Source of the DNA: Dehalococcoidia bacterium
GTDB taxonomy: Bacteria > Chloroflexota > Dehalococcoidia > UBA2979
Assembly: GCA_965262725.1 (NCBI GenBank)
Contig: OZ253555.1
Span: forward strand, 3,072,001 to 3,136,000
Reading direction: 5' to 3'
DNA length: 64,000 bases
Of the stretch, positions 49,348-59,662 are shown piece by piece; position 1 is the first letter of the stretch, and every line of letters starts with the position of its first letter. Position numbers and translations under genes: made by a program. The notes beneath the pieces are model-generated. The model saw nothing but the letters and a program-made list of their open reading frames with translations. It was not told where the DNA came from and did not search any database.

Positions 49348-50982
49348 GTGTCGAGAGTGGAGCTGTTCGAGTCTATCCGACGGATGGCGAGGGAGGAGGA
49401 GCTGTCGATCCATGAGCTGGGACGCCGGCATGGCGTGCACCGGCGCACGGTGCGGCAGGCTCTTGGGTCGGCGATACCCCCGGAACGCAAGCAGGCGACC
49501 CGCGTGGCCCCGAAGCTCGGGCCGTACGTCTCGGTCATCCGGGGCTGGCTCGTGGACGACCTCAGCGCGCCGCGCAAGCAGCGGCACACGGCCCGGCGCA
49601 TCTGGGAGCGCCTCGTCGACGAACACGGGGCGACGGTGGCCGAGCCCACGGTCCGCGCCTGCGTCGCGCGCCTGCGTCGCGAGATCCAGGGCGGGCGCGC
49701 GGTTGTGACGATCCCGCAGGTCCATCCTCCCGGCGAGGAGGCGGAGGTCGACTTCGGCACGGTGACGGTGTGGCTGGAGGGCGTCGAGACCCGGCTGGCG
49801 ATGTTCGTGATGCGGCTCTCGCATTCGGGGCGGGCGGCGCACGTCTGCTTCGTCGGCGAGGGCCAGGAGTCTCTGCTCGAGGGGCACGTGGTCGCCTTCG
49901 AGCGGCTCGGCGGAGTGCCGCGGCGCATCCGCTACGACAATCTGACGGCGGCCGTCACCACCGTGCTGCAGGGACGCGAGCGCCTGCAGACCGAGCGCTT
50001 CATCGCGCTCCGCTCGCATTACGGCTTCGACAGCTTCTTCTGTGAGCCCGGCATCGAGGGCGCGCACGAGAAGGGCGGTGTGGAGGGCGAGGTCGGCCGC
50101 TTCCGCCGGCGGCACTTCGTGCCGGTCCCGAAGGTGGCGACCCTCGGCGAGCTGAACGAACGAGTGCGGGAGGCGGACCGCACCGACGACGCCCGGCACA
50201 TCGAGAGCCGCCTCGCCACCGTCGGCGAGATGGGAGAGAACGAGAAGGCCTCGCTGCGTCCGCTTCCGGCGGAGCGCTTCGACCCGTCAATCCCGCTGCG
50301 CGCGAAGGTCGACCGCAAGGCGCGCATCGCCGTGCGTAGCTCCCGCTACTCGGTCCCGGCGGCCTATGCAGGCCGGAAGCTGGACGTGCGGCTGTCCGGG
50401 AACAGCCTGACCGTGTGGGCCGAGGGGCGTGAAGTCGCCCACCACGAGCGCAGCGCCCGCACCGGAGCAGAGGTCCTGCTGCTCGACCACTATCTGGAGG
50501 TGCTCGCGCGCAAGCCCGGGGCGGTCCCGGGCTCGGTGGCGCTCCAGCAGGCGCGTGCGAAGGGACACGTCACAGCCGAGCATCAGCGCTTCTGGGACCG
50601 CGCCCGCCGCAAGCTCGGCGACCGCGCGGGCACGCAGGCGTACATCGAGGTCCTGCTCCTGCATCGCCATCTTCCCTTCACGGCGGTGCACGCCGCGCTC
50701 GGGACGGTCAACAGGATCCAGTCGGTGAACCCCGAACTGGTCGCCATCGAGGCGCGCCGTCTCGCCGACCGCAGGCCACCAGACGCCGCCGTCGAGAGAC
50801 CGCACCTGGAGCGCTACGACCGACCTGCCCCGCTCCTCGATGGCTACGATGCGCTGCTCTCGGGTGATTCCCGATGGCCCGGCACGTCGCCGGGCGGGCG
50901 CTCCCGCGCTCCGCGGTCTGCCGAGAACGCGTCGCACACCACCACAACCGCCGTCACCGCTGCGGTGTCGACGGCACGCTGA
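49348..50982 (+). CDS. istA: IS21 transposase
   Basis: PRKQRHTARRIWERL, PGEEAEVDFG, YDNL, HEKGGVE. Confidence 0.93.
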   Translation: MSRVELFESIRRMAREEELSIHELGRRHGVHRRTVRQALGSAIPPERKQATRVAPKLGPYVSVIRGWLVDDLSAPRKQRHTARRIWERLVDEHGATVAEPTVRACVARLRREIQGGRAVVTIPQVHPPGEEAEVDFGTVTVWLEGVETRLAMFVMRLSHSGRAAHVCFVGEGQESLLEGHVVAFERLGGVPRRIRYDNLTAAVTTVLQGRERLQTERFIALRSHYGFDSFFCEPGIEGAHEKGGVEGEVGRFRRRHFVPVPKVATLGELNERVREADRTDDARHIESRLATVGEMGENEKASLRPLPAERFDPSIPLRAKVDRKARIAVRSSRYSVPAAYAGRKLDVRLSGNSLTVWAEGREVAHHERSARTGAEVLLLDHYLEVLARKPGAVPGSVALQQARAKGHVTAEHQRFWDRARRKLGDRAGTQAYIEVLLLHRHLPFTAVHAALGTVNRIQSVNPELVAIEARRLADRRPPDAAVERPHLERYDRPAPLLDGYDALLSGDSRWPGTSPGGRSRAPRSAENASHTTTTAVTAAVSTAR

Positions 50983-50998
50983 CCACAGGAGGCACCCG

Positions 50999-51781
50999 AT
51001 GACAGCACCCCTCACCGACCAGGCCGCGGAGCTGACAATCGAGGCGATCTGCCGCGAGCTCCGTCTCCCCACCGTCAGGAAGCAGGCGCTCCCGCTCGCC
51101 GAAGCCGCGGTCCGAGACCGGATCACCCATCTGGGCTATCTCGCCGAAGTGCTGGGAGCCGAACGCGATGACCGTGAGGAGCGGCGCCGTCAGCGCCGTA
51201 TCGTCGAGGCGCGGTTCCCGCGTTTCAAGTACCTCGCCGACTTCGACCTCGAGGCGGCGCCGACAGTCGACGCGCCGGCGCTCGCCACGCTGGAGCGCTG
51301 CGACTGGGTCGAAAGGGGCGAGCCCGTCGTCCTGCTCGGTGACAGCGGCACCGGGAAGTCACACCTGCTCATCGGCCTCGGCATGGCCGCCTGCCACCTG
51401 GGGCTGCGCGTGCGGTACATGACCACGGCCGCCCTGGTGAATGAACTGGCCGAAGCGTCGGATGATCGCGCGCTCTCACGCCTCGTCGCCCGCTACGGCC
51501 GCCTCGACCTGCTCTGCCTGGATGAGTTCGGGTACGTCCACCTCGACCCGCGCGGTGCCGAAATGCTGTTCCAGATCCTGACCGAGCGCGAGGAACGGGC
51601 ATCGGTCGCCGTCGCCTCCAACTCCCCGTTCTCCGAGTGGGGCCGCATCTTCACCGACCCTCGTCTCGCCGCGGCCGTCGTTGACCGCCTCACCTACCGT
51701 GCCCATATCATCGAGACCGGCACCGAGTCCTACCGGCTCCGGGCCTCGACCTCCCCGAGAGGAGGTGCCCCAACGACCTGA
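50999..51781 (+). CDS. istB: IS21 helper ATPase
   Basis: GDSGTGKSH, LCLDEFGY, AAVVDRL. Confidence 0.93.
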   Translation: MTAPLTDQAAELTIEAICRELRLPTVRKQALPLAEAAVRDRITHLGYLAEVLGAERDDREERRRQRRIVEARFPRFKYLADFDLEAAPTVDAPALATLERCDWVERGEPVVLLGDSGTGKSHLLIGLGMAACHLGLRVRYMTTAALVNELAEASDDRALSRLVARYGRLDLLCLDEFGYVHLDPRGAEMLFQILTEREERASVAVASNSPFSEWGRIFTDPRLAAAVVDRLTYRAHIIETGTESYRLRASTSPRGGAPTT

Positions 51782-52035
51782 TCCCGGTCCCCGGGGGTGG
51801 GGCCAGATCAGAGGATCAAAGTGGGGCCAGATGTAAGCATCATTCCCACGCGCATCGTGCACCTGCGGGAGGGAGGCGAGGGGCTGGAGTTCCTCGGCTT
51901 CGAGCATCGCTGGGTACGTGCGAAGCGCAACAAGAATATCCAGTTCCTCGCACGCTGGCCCTCACGGCGAGCGATGCAGCGGGCGCGGGACCGCATCCGT
52001 GAAATCACGGCGCGGTTGCGTCTGCTGCTGAGTCC

Positions 52036-53453
52036 GGTCACGTCCCGGCAAGTGGTGTCACTGCGCATCATCCTTATCATTTGTTAGCCGGCAGCCTGCA
52101 GCAGCACCTCCTTGCCTGACGTGAGCTCACTCCCCGGCGGGGAGAGCAGCGTCATCATCGTCATGTAGCGCCGCCCCACGGCCCACTCGTCGTGCTGCTC
52201 GGAGAGCACCGCACCGATGAGCCGGATGACCGCTGAGCGGTTGGGGAAGATGCCGACCACGTTGGTGCGCCGGCGGATCTCCTTGTTGAGCCGCTCCTGG
52301 GGGTTGTTCGACCAGATCTGCCGCCAGTGCGCCACCGGGAAGGCCGTGAACGCCAGGATCTCCTCCGCGGCGTCGGCGAGCATTGCCGCGGCCTGCGGGA
52401 AGCGCGCACCGAGCTGCTCCACGACCCGCGTGTGCTGGGCGTGCACCTCGGAGGCCGAGGGCTGCTGGTAGATGGTGCGCACGGTCGTCGCCACCAGCGC
52501 CTCGGCGCTCTTCGGCACGCGTGTGAGCAGGTTCCGCATGAAGTGGGTACGGCAGCGCTGCCAGGAGGCGCCGCCGAAGACGGTCGCGATCGCTCCCCTC
52601 AGGCCCTGGTGGGCGTCGGAGGTCACCAGCTCCACGCCGGAGAGCCCTCGTGCTACGAGGCCGCGGAGAAATGCCAGCCAGAAGGCCCCGTCCTCGCTGG
52701 TACCGACGTCGATGCCCAGCACCTCGCGCTTCCCCTCCACGTTGACCGCGGTGGCGACGACGACGCTCACCTGGGCGATGCGGCCCTCCTCGCGCACCCG
52801 CTGGGTGAGCGCGTCGAGCCAGAGGTATCGGTAGGGGCCGGAGTCCAGGGGCCGGCCGAGGAAACTTGTGACGACCGTGTCGAGCTCCGAGCAGATACGC
52901 GAGACCTGGCTCTTGGAGATGCCCTCGCAGCCGAGCGAGCGCACGAGGTCGTCGACGCGGCGAGTGGAGACGCCCTCCACGTACGCTTGCTGGACGACGG
53001 CTAGCAAGGCGCGCTCTGAGCGGCGCCGGGGCTCGAGCAGCGCCGGGAAGTAGGACCCCTGGCGGAGCTTCGGGATCTGCAGGTCGATGCTGCCCACCCG
53101 CGTGTCCCAGCGTCTTTGCCTGTAGCCGTTGCGCCGGGTGGTGCGCATCTCGCTGCGCTCGCCGTAGCCGGCGCCGACCTGCGCCGAGACCTCCTGGTCC
53201 ATGACCGCCTCGGCGAGCACAGCCACCGCTTCGCGCAGGAAATCGAGGTCAGCTCCCGATGCCTGCTTGCGGAGCAGTTCCAACACGTCCACGCTCTCTC
53301 TGACCACCGTCGTCCTCCTCCACGTTCGTCATAACTTCGTGAAGGATGATGCGGTGGTCTCTTACGTCCACCTGCATGGGCACCGTGGTCGGTAGTAGGT
53401 CCCCCTGCGGAGACCGTCTCCCCGCCTGTGACACCACTTGCTGGGACGCTACT
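52036..53453 (-). mobile_element. IS256-family element
   Basis: 25-bp imperfect IRs (GGTCACGTCCCGGCAAGTGGTGTCA / TGACACCACTTGCTGGGACGCTACT); 8-bp TSD CTGAGTCC at 52028-52035 and 53454-53461. Confidence 0.92.
52084..53307 (-). CDS. IS256 (Mutator) transposase
   Basis: RNGYR, IPKLR, GVSTRRV, YLWLDA, SDAHQG, WQRCRTHF, ERLNKEIRRR. Confidence 0.94.
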   Translation of the reverse strand: MVRESVDVLELLRKQASGADLDFLREAVAVLAEAVMDQEVSAQVGAGYGERSEMRTTRRNGYRQRRWDTRVGSIDLQIPKLRQGSYFPALLEPRRRSERALLAVVQQAYVEGVSTRRVDDLVRSLGCEGISKSQVSRICSELDTVVTSFLGRPLDSGPYRYLWLDALTQRVREEGRIAQVSVVVATAVNVEGKREVLGIDVGTSEDGAFWLAFLRGLVARGLSGVELVTSDAHQGLRGAIATVFGGASWQRCRTHFMRNLLTRVPKSAEALVATTVRTIYQQPSASEVHAQHTRVVEQLGARFPQAAAMLADAAEEILAFTAFPVAHWRQIWSNNPQERLNKEIRRRTNVVGIFPNRSAVIRLIGAVLSEQHDEWAVGRRYMTMMTLLSPPGSELTSGKEVLLQAAG

Positions 53454-54040
53454 CTGAGTCCCCGGCAGGTCGTGGAGGAAGTCAATCGCTACCTCCGCGG
53501 CTGGATGAGCTACTTCCGCTACGGCAACTCGGCGAGGGCGTTCGACGTCCTGCACTGGTTTGCCATGTGGAGACTCAAACTCTGGCTGGGGAAGCGGTTG
53601 CGTTGGCGGCGACGCCATCGCGGGCACCCGTTTCCCGTCGCCGACCGTCTGGGGCTCATCTCGCTAGCTGGACAGCGCGTCGTGGCACCACGGCCATATC
53701 GACCGTGGCGGGGCACCCCGCATGCCGCCCGGTGAAGGGCATCGGTGAGCCGGATGAGGGAAAACCTCACGTCCGGTTCGAGGCGGCAGGGGCTGGAGAC
53801 GGACGATGCTACGGCTGTGGAGATGGGCGCCACCGGGAAACCGGCCTGGCAATATGCGCCACCGCCTACGGCTCGCACCGCGCCAGCCCCTGACCCTACT
53901 CAAGGATCTGGTCCGCGGACTTGTGCCAGATGAAGCGCCTCCGGTGCTCGTTTCCAGTTGCGACCCAAGCCTCCACTGAGCGGACCAGGCCTGCGAGGCT
54001 CGGTGCGATTGTTTTCAGCATTTGCAACTCGGGACACTAG

Positions 54041-55957
54041 GACGCTGGTTGCAAATTCGAGTCTCGGTGGCCGCAGTCGGTGTGAGAGGGAAGTGTAGCG
54101 TCGGGTGGGCGCGGGTCGGGAGTTGCGCCGCTGGGGAGTGAGCGGGGCCGGCATCGACCCGGGATCGGGACCCCCGGACGCAGGCTCTCCCGCAGTGGCC
54201 CCCGCCTCCGTCTCCCCTACGAGGGCGCTGTGACCGCCCACCGGGTTGGTGTGTGATGCAGGCCCAGGACCGCCAACCGCGCCAGGTTGACTGAGGCGGC
54301 GAGCAGGTTGTGGTCGGCGTCGACCTTGAGACGGCCCCGGACACGGGCGACGCGGCCCCCGTGTCTGCGACGGGTCGTATGCGCCACCTTGCGTTCGACT
54401 ATCGAGCGGACCGTGCGGTAGCCGGAGAGCCACCCGGGAGCCTCCTGGCGTGCCCGGGCGGCCGCGAGGCTGGCCTCGCGTGGATCCCGACCTCGACGGT
54501 GCGGCCCGCAGGCGATGTGGTGCACTGGGCGCGAAGCGGACAGGGGCTGCAGGCGCCGCGGAAGTAGGCGGTCCCCGGGCCGTCGGAGGCGCGGCGAATC
54601 GGCACGGTCACCTCCGCGGGACAGGTGACGCTCCCCCTCTCCAGGTCGACGGTGAATCGCTCCTTGCTGAAACGGTGATGCGGTGCGGTCGCTCTCTGAG
54701 TGCGGCAGCGGGACTCGACCCCGTGCTCCTCCAGCAGCGACTGGAACGCGCCCGAGCCGTAGGCCGAATCGCCGTAGACGGTCGCCGTCCCGGTGCTCGC
54801 CTCCGCAGCCGGGTCGTCGGCATCGTCGTGTTCGCCTGCGTCCTCCAGCAGGTCCGTGATCAACTCCTCCGCGACATCGCCGTCCGCCACGTTGCCTGCG
54901 GTCACCGTCGTGTGGGTGATGAGCTCCGACTCCGGGTCGATCGCCAGGTGCCCCTTGTAGCCATCGAAGCCGTGCGCAGAGCTCTTGCGCCCGTGGCGGG
55001 CGTCGGGGTCCACGGTCGAGATGATGCGGTCCCTCGCCACCCGCCGCGCAATCACGAAGCGGCCGCCTTCGTCCTGCTCGAGGTCCTGCCCCACCACGGC
55101 CGCACACAGCTCGCCTGCCCGCGCAACGCGCTCGTCGAGCTCCCGTCCCTCCAGCACCCGGAGGCAGCTGGAGACATCGGTCGCCAGTTCGTCGATGAGC
55201 GCCCGCGCAGCCTCGCGGTCCTCCCAGTCACACGGAGGCTTGCCGGGAGCTCGATAGTCGTCATCGCGCCTCAGCACCGCCCGCAGCTCGGCCTCGAGCC
55301 CGGACTCACCGAGGCGCTCCGCCTCCCGCAGCAGCCCGCGGACCGACGACCGGAGCAATGTCACCGTGTCCTGCGTCGCGACCGCGTCGTAGAGCGGCGT
55401 CGAGTCCAGCACTCGCTGCGCAGAGAGCAGCTTCGCCTCGCGCGCCACCACAAGCGTGGCCTCGAAGATGCGCCGGGGGCGCTCGGAGCGGGCGAGGCGC
55501 GCCCGCATCGAGACCAGCACCGTGTGCACGAAGCCCGGCGCGTCGTAGTCGAGTCCGCCGCAGGCGAACTTCCAGCGGGCGTCCCACTCGAAGGCAGCCA
55601 CCGCCTCGCGGTCGGACAGGCCGTGGAGACGCTGCAGCACCATGACCGTGGCGACCACCCGTGGCGGAACGCTCCCGCGGCCGCGAGCGGAGAAGAGGTC
55701 GGCGAACATCTCGTCGGGGAAGAGGCGTTCGCCGTGGCGGGCAAGGAGGGTCCAGATGGAGTTCCCGGGGAGCCTCTCAGCGACGTAGGCGGTGCTCTTG
55801 AAGAAGGTAAGGGGCTGCCTGGAGGTCTCTCCCTGTGTCATGAGCGAGACTTTCACTGCGAACAGAACTGATCACCAACATGATCGCATTCCGTGACTGC
55901 TCGCAACGATGCCCCGCCTCCAGAAGGCACCCACCGCCCCACAAAAACACCAGGCTC
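54041..55957 (-). mobile_element. IS1182-family element
   Basis: Flanked by CTAG (54037-54040, 55958-55961); weak IRs GACGCTGGT / ACCAGGCTC. Confidence 0.75.
54217..55841 (-). pseudogene. IS1182 transposase with a frameshift near 54480
   Basis: LSDREAV..WKFACG, DSTPLYDAVATQDT, DPDARHGRKS, GDSAYG in one frame; YRTVRSIVERK..NLARL in another. Confidence 0.8.
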
Positions 55958-57337
55958 CTAGGCCCGCCCGGCCGCTCCGCCGGGCCGCGGCAGGTAGCGG
56001 CCGTGGCCGGGGCCGGCGGGGAACGCGCCCTCATCGTAGACGGTGATTCCCCTCACCAGGGTGCGCACCGCGGCCCCCGTGAGGAGGCGCCCTTCGAAGG
56101 CCGACCATCCCGCCTTCGTCCGCACCTCCCCCCGGCGCATCAGGCGCTCGCGCGCCGGGTCGACGAGCACGATGTCGGCGTCTGAACCCGGCTGAAGCAC
56201 GCCCTTGCGGGGGTAGAGGTCGTAGGCGCGGGCCGGCCCCTCGCACATCAGTGCCACCACCGTCGGCATGTCGACGAGGCCCTGCGCCACGCCGGTCAGC
56301 ATCGCGGGGAGCGTCGTCTCTAGCCCTGGGAGCCCGAACGGGCATTCCCAGATGTCGCTCTCGCCGGCGAGCTTCTCCTCGATGGTGGTCGGCGCGTGAT
56401 CGGCAGAGATGAGGTCGACCTCACGGTCGGCGACCCTCCGCCAGAGACCCAGGCGCGCCTCCTCGGAGCGCGCGGGCGGCGTGCACTGTGCCCAAGGGCC
56501 GCGCGCGCGCACGTCGGCGTCGGTGAGCCAGAGGTAGTGCGGGCAACTTTCGATGCGGAGCCTCGCGCCCCGTCCGCGCGCCGCGCGCAGGCGGTCGACG
56601 ACGGCCGGGTGCGAGGCGTGCGCAACCACCGCCCGGGCGCCCGAGGCGCGGAGAGCCTCGCCCATCGCATCGGCGGCGGAGAGCTCCGCCTCGAGCGTGC
56701 GCCAGGCGAGCAGCGCCTCGCCCCCGCCCGCCCCGGCCCGGCGCAGCTCGCGCCCGGAGGCGGCCGTCATCTCCTCGTCCTCGCAGTGCGTGAGCACAAG
56801 GCCGTCGAAGGAGGCGACCGCGGCGAGCGCTCGTGCGAGCACGTCGCCCGTCACCGCCGGGGCGCCGTGGAGCGCGCAGGTGAAGAGCTTGAAGGCGTAG
56901 GCGCCGGCCTCCCAGAGCGCGGCGAGGCGGTCGATGTTGCCGGGGTGCACCGCCCCGATCAGCCCGACGTCGACGTGGAGGCGGCCGGAGAGATAGCGCG
57001 ACTTTCTGGCGAGCGCCTCCGCGTCGAGCACCGGGGCCGAGTGGTGGTGCTCGAGCAGGAAGGTCGTCCCGTTGCTGGCGGCCGCCGCGGTGCCGCTCGC
57101 GAAGTCCTCGCGGTCGGAGCGGACCGGGTCGGGGATGTGTACGTGGCCGTCGACGACGCCCGGCATCACCCAGAGGCCGCCTGCATCGATGCTCTGCGCC
57201 GCCTCCCGAGTCGGCCCCCCCACGGCGATCACGCGGCCCCCGGCGATGTAGAGATCGGCCTCGGCCGCACCCCCGGGCGACCACACCGTGCCGCCACGGA
57301 TCGCGAGCTCGGCCCGGCCACCGTGCACTGCCGCCAT
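55958..57337 (-). CDS. Cyclic amidohydrolase (allantoinase/dihydroorotase family)
   Basis: PGVVDGHVH, FKLF, HCED, ESCPHYL, PPAR, ADHAP, GSDADIV. Confidence 0.85.
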   Translation of the reverse strand: MAAVHGGRAELAIRGGTVWSPGGAAEADLYIAGGRVIAVGGPTREAAQSIDAGGLWVMPGVVDGHVHIPDPVRSDREDFASGTAAAASNGTTFLLEHHHSAPVLDAEALARKSRYLSGRLHVDVGLIGAVHPGNIDRLAALWEAGAYAFKLFTCALHGAPAVTGDVLARALAAVASFDGLVLTHCEDEEMTAASGRELRRAGAGGGEALLAWRTLEAELSAADAMGEALRASGARAVVAHASHPAVVDRLRAARGRGARLRIESCPHYLWLTDADVRARGPWAQCTPPARSEEARLGLWRRVADREVDLISADHAPTTIEEKLAGESDIWECPFGLPGLETTLPAMLTGVAQGLVDMPTVVALMCEGPARAYDLYPRKGVLQPGSDADIVLVDPARERLMRRGEVRTKAGWSAFEGRLLTGAAVRTLVRGITVYDEGAFPAGPGHGRYLPRPGGAAGRA

Positions 57338-57459
57338 CCAGGCCTCCCGCGCCGCGCCGGGCGCAGCGTAGCCGCGCGCCCCGCGCCGGGCGAGCGCGCG
57401 GCGAGGTGGGGTACCCTCGGTGGCGCGCCGTTGGGCCGGAGCCGGAGGGATGGGCGGGC

Positions 57460-58269
57460 GTGGACCTCGGCATAGCGGGGAGGGTGGCGATCGTCAGCGG
57501 CGGGAGCCGCGGCATCGGCTACGCAGCGGCCGAGGTGCTCGCAGAGGAGGGCTGCCACGTCGCCATCTGCGCGCTCGACCCCGGACGGCTCGACGCCGCC
57601 CGTCAGCGGCTCGCCGGGCGCGCGGCGCCGGGCGCCACCATTCACGCGGCGCGCTGCGACCTGCGCGATCCCGCCGCGATCGAGGACTTCGTCGCGGGGG
57701 TCGCCGAGCGCTTCGGCAGCGTCGACATCCTCGTCAACAACGCCAGCCCCACCGGCTCGCCCGCGATGTGGGGACCCATCCTCGACGAGGTCGACGACGA
57801 GGAGTGGCTCGACACGTGGCGGGCGAAGTTCATCGGCTACGTGCGCTTCTCGCGGGCGGTGCTGCCACACATGCGCCGGAGGCGCTGGGGGCGCATCGTC
57901 CATGTCTCCGGCATGGGTGGCCGCGGCCCCAACCGGCGCTATCTCGCCGGGGGGCCGGTCCACGCCGCGCTGCTCGCGCTCGCGAAAGGGATGGCCGACG
58001 AGTACGGACCCGACGGGGTCCTAGTGACGGCGCTCTCGCCAGGGCCCATCGACACGGGGCACCACGGGCTGATCCTCGACGCGCAGGCGCACGAGGCCGG
58101 CATCACCGCCTCGGAGGCGCGTGCTCGTTTCGTCTCGGGGGTGCCGCTGCGCCGTTACGGGACGCCGCGCGAGACCGGCGAGGCGATCGCCTATCTCTGC
58201 TCGGAGCGCGCGAGCTTCGTGACGGGGGTGGAGCTGCTCGTCGACGGCGGGCGCTCGCGGAGCTTCTAG
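57460..58269 (+). CDS. SDR oxidoreductase
   Basis: MDLGIAGRVAIVSGGSRGIG, DILVNNA, FVTG..LLVDGG. Confidence 0.88.
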   Translation: MDLGIAGRVAIVSGGSRGIGYAAAEVLAEEGCHVAICALDPGRLDAARQRLAGRAAPGATIHAARCDLRDPAAIEDFVAGVAERFGSVDILVNNASPTGSPAMWGPILDEVDDEEWLDTWRAKFIGYVRFSRAVLPHMRRRRWGRIVHVSGMGGRGPNRRYLAGGPVHAALLALAKGMADEYGPDGVLVTALSPGPIDTGHHGLILDAQAHEAGITASEARARFVSGVPLRRYGTPRETGEAIAYLCSERASFVTGVELLVDGGRSRSF

Positions 58270-58280
58270 CGGGAGGCGGG

Positions 58281-59018
58281 ATGCTCGACCTTGGGCTCAC
58301 GGGACGACGCGCCCTCGTCAACGGCGGCGCGTCGGGGCTCGGCCTCGTCGCCGCGCGCGCGCTCGCCGCTCAGGGGGTCGAGGTCGCCCTCTTCGATCGG
58401 GACGAGGGAGCCCTTCGCCGCGCCGCCCGCGAGATGGGCGCGCTCGCCCTCACCGGCGATCCGGGGAGTCGCGAGCAGATCGAGGAGGCGGTGCGTGAGG
58501 CCGAGCGCGCCATGGGCGGCGTCGACATCCTCATGAACGCCGCGCCGGTCGTGACCGAGCCGGCCCCGCTCCACGAGGTGGACGACGCCGACTGGGAGCG
58601 GGCCGCGCGCGATCACGTGCTCTGCTACCTGCGCTTCATGCGTGCCGTGACGCCGGGGATGAGGGAACGCGGACACGGCCGCGTTCTCAACCTCACCGGC
58701 GTGGCCGGACGCAACCCGGATCCGCGGCGCCTCCCGGAGAGCACGGCCGCGATCGCGCTCCTGAACCTGACCAAGGCGATCGCCGACGAGTTCGCCCCGT
58801 TCGGCGTCACCGTCAACGCCCTCTCCCCCGGGGACTTCGAGACGCCGGGGGAGAGGCGCAGCGTGGGGCTCGTGCCGCCCGCCGCCGCGATCCCCGTGGG
58901 TCGCCCCGGGGTGCCCGGGGAGTTCTCAGACCTCGTGCTCTTCCTCTGCTCGGAGCGGTCCGGCTACGTGACCGGTACCAGCATCACCATCGACGGCGGC
59001 CAAAGCCGCGGTATCTGA
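58281..59018 (+). CDS. SDR oxidoreductase (tandem paralog)
   Basis: NGGASGLG, DILMNAA, YVTGTSITIDGG. Confidence 0.88.
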   Translation: MLDLGLTGRRALVNGGASGLGLVAARALAAQGVEVALFDRDEGALRRAAREMGALALTGDPGSREQIEEAVREAERAMGGVDILMNAAPVVTEPAPLHEVDDADWERAARDHVLCYLRFMRAVTPGMRERGHGRVLNLTGVAGRNPDPRRLPESTAAIALLNLTKAIADEFAPFGVTVNALSPGDFETPGERRSVGLVPPAAAIPVGRPGVPGEFSDLVLFLCSERSGYVTGTSITIDGGQSRGI

Positions 59019-59055
59019 GGCAGCGGGGCGGCGCCGACGGGACGCGAGGGGATCG

Positions 59056-59280
59056 TCAGCGCGAGCCGTTGCGACGGCGACCGGTTATCCAGCCGAGCGG
59101 GAGGGCGAAACGCCTGCGGTGGCCGGGCTCTGCGCTCTCCTGGGAACTCCCGGCCGGGCGCTCGATGGGCTGGTGGCCGGCCGACTCCCCCGCCCGCAAC
59201 GCGACCGACGCGAGCAGCATGATCGCGCCGAGCAGCGCGAGCGAGAGGATCCAGGCGAGAGCGTCGTCGTACATGTCCAC
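59056..59280 (-). CDS. Small membrane hypothetical protein
   Basis: YDDALAWILSLALLGAIMLLASVAL TM segment; start uncertain. Confidence 0.4.
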   Translation of the reverse strand: MDMYDDALAWILSLALLGAIMLLASVALRAGESAGHQPIERPAGSSQESAEPGHRRRFALPLGWITGRRRNGSR

Positions 59281-59662
59281 CCGTCCGGCTCCGGCCACCC
59301 TCCGGCGAACCGAGCCGCATCCTACCGCCGAGTCGCCGTAGGGGCCCACCGCCGCGTCCGGCGGAGCGCCGGGCGCCTGCTACCGTGGCGGCATGCCTTA
59401 CGGCGAGCGGGCGGAGCTGGCGGAGGCGAGAGGCGGACGGTGCGCCCATTGCCGGGCGCCTACCGAGCGCGCCTGCCTCGCCTGCGCGCAGCTCGTCTGC
59501 CCCGGCTGCGAGGAGCGGCACGACCGTGAATGGCCCCACCGAGCCTACGGGGAGATCTAGGCCGATCAGTGGCTGGTCTAGTGTCCTGATTCGTAATAGC
59601 GACAGATAACGGGTATGGTGGCACAGCGGGGTTTTGCCCCATGGGGCAGACTCTGGAGTGTC

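Larger units (their letters stand above)
49222..51848 (+). mobile_element. IS21-family element
   Basis: TGGGAATGATGCT / AGCATCATTCCCA IRs with internal repeats; 7-bp TSD CGCGCAT at 49215-49221 and 51849-51855. Confidence 0.93.
47476..53735 (+). pseudogene. Group II intron RT/maturase, copy 1, split by inner intron, IS21 and IS256 (segments 47476-48019, 48882-49221, 51856-52035, 53462-53735)
   Basis: GAAGIDG, RPLSIP..DRIVQ, SFGFRP, GTPQGG, RYADD, LRGWMSYFR. Confidence 0.92.
46904..53899 (+). mobile_element. Group IIB intron, outer, copy 1 (RT gene disrupted)
   Basis: 5' GTGTG; DV GAGCCGGATGAGGGAAAACCTCACGTCCGGTTC; 3' CTGACCCTAC; removal rejoins the IS630 sequence. Confidence 0.93.
46861..54037 (-). 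mobile_element. IS630-derived MITE (181 bp: 46861-46903 + 53900-54037) carrying a group II twintron
   Basis: IRs GTGTCCTGAATTG / CAACTCGGGACAC; TA duplications at 46859-46860 and 54038-54039; retains only the last ~140 bp of an IS630 transposase gene. Confidence 0.85.

Noticed and set aside
54470-54490. Programmed frameshift in the IS1182 transposase
   Set aside because: No slippery run; a mutation or sequencing indel is more likely given the proS indel.
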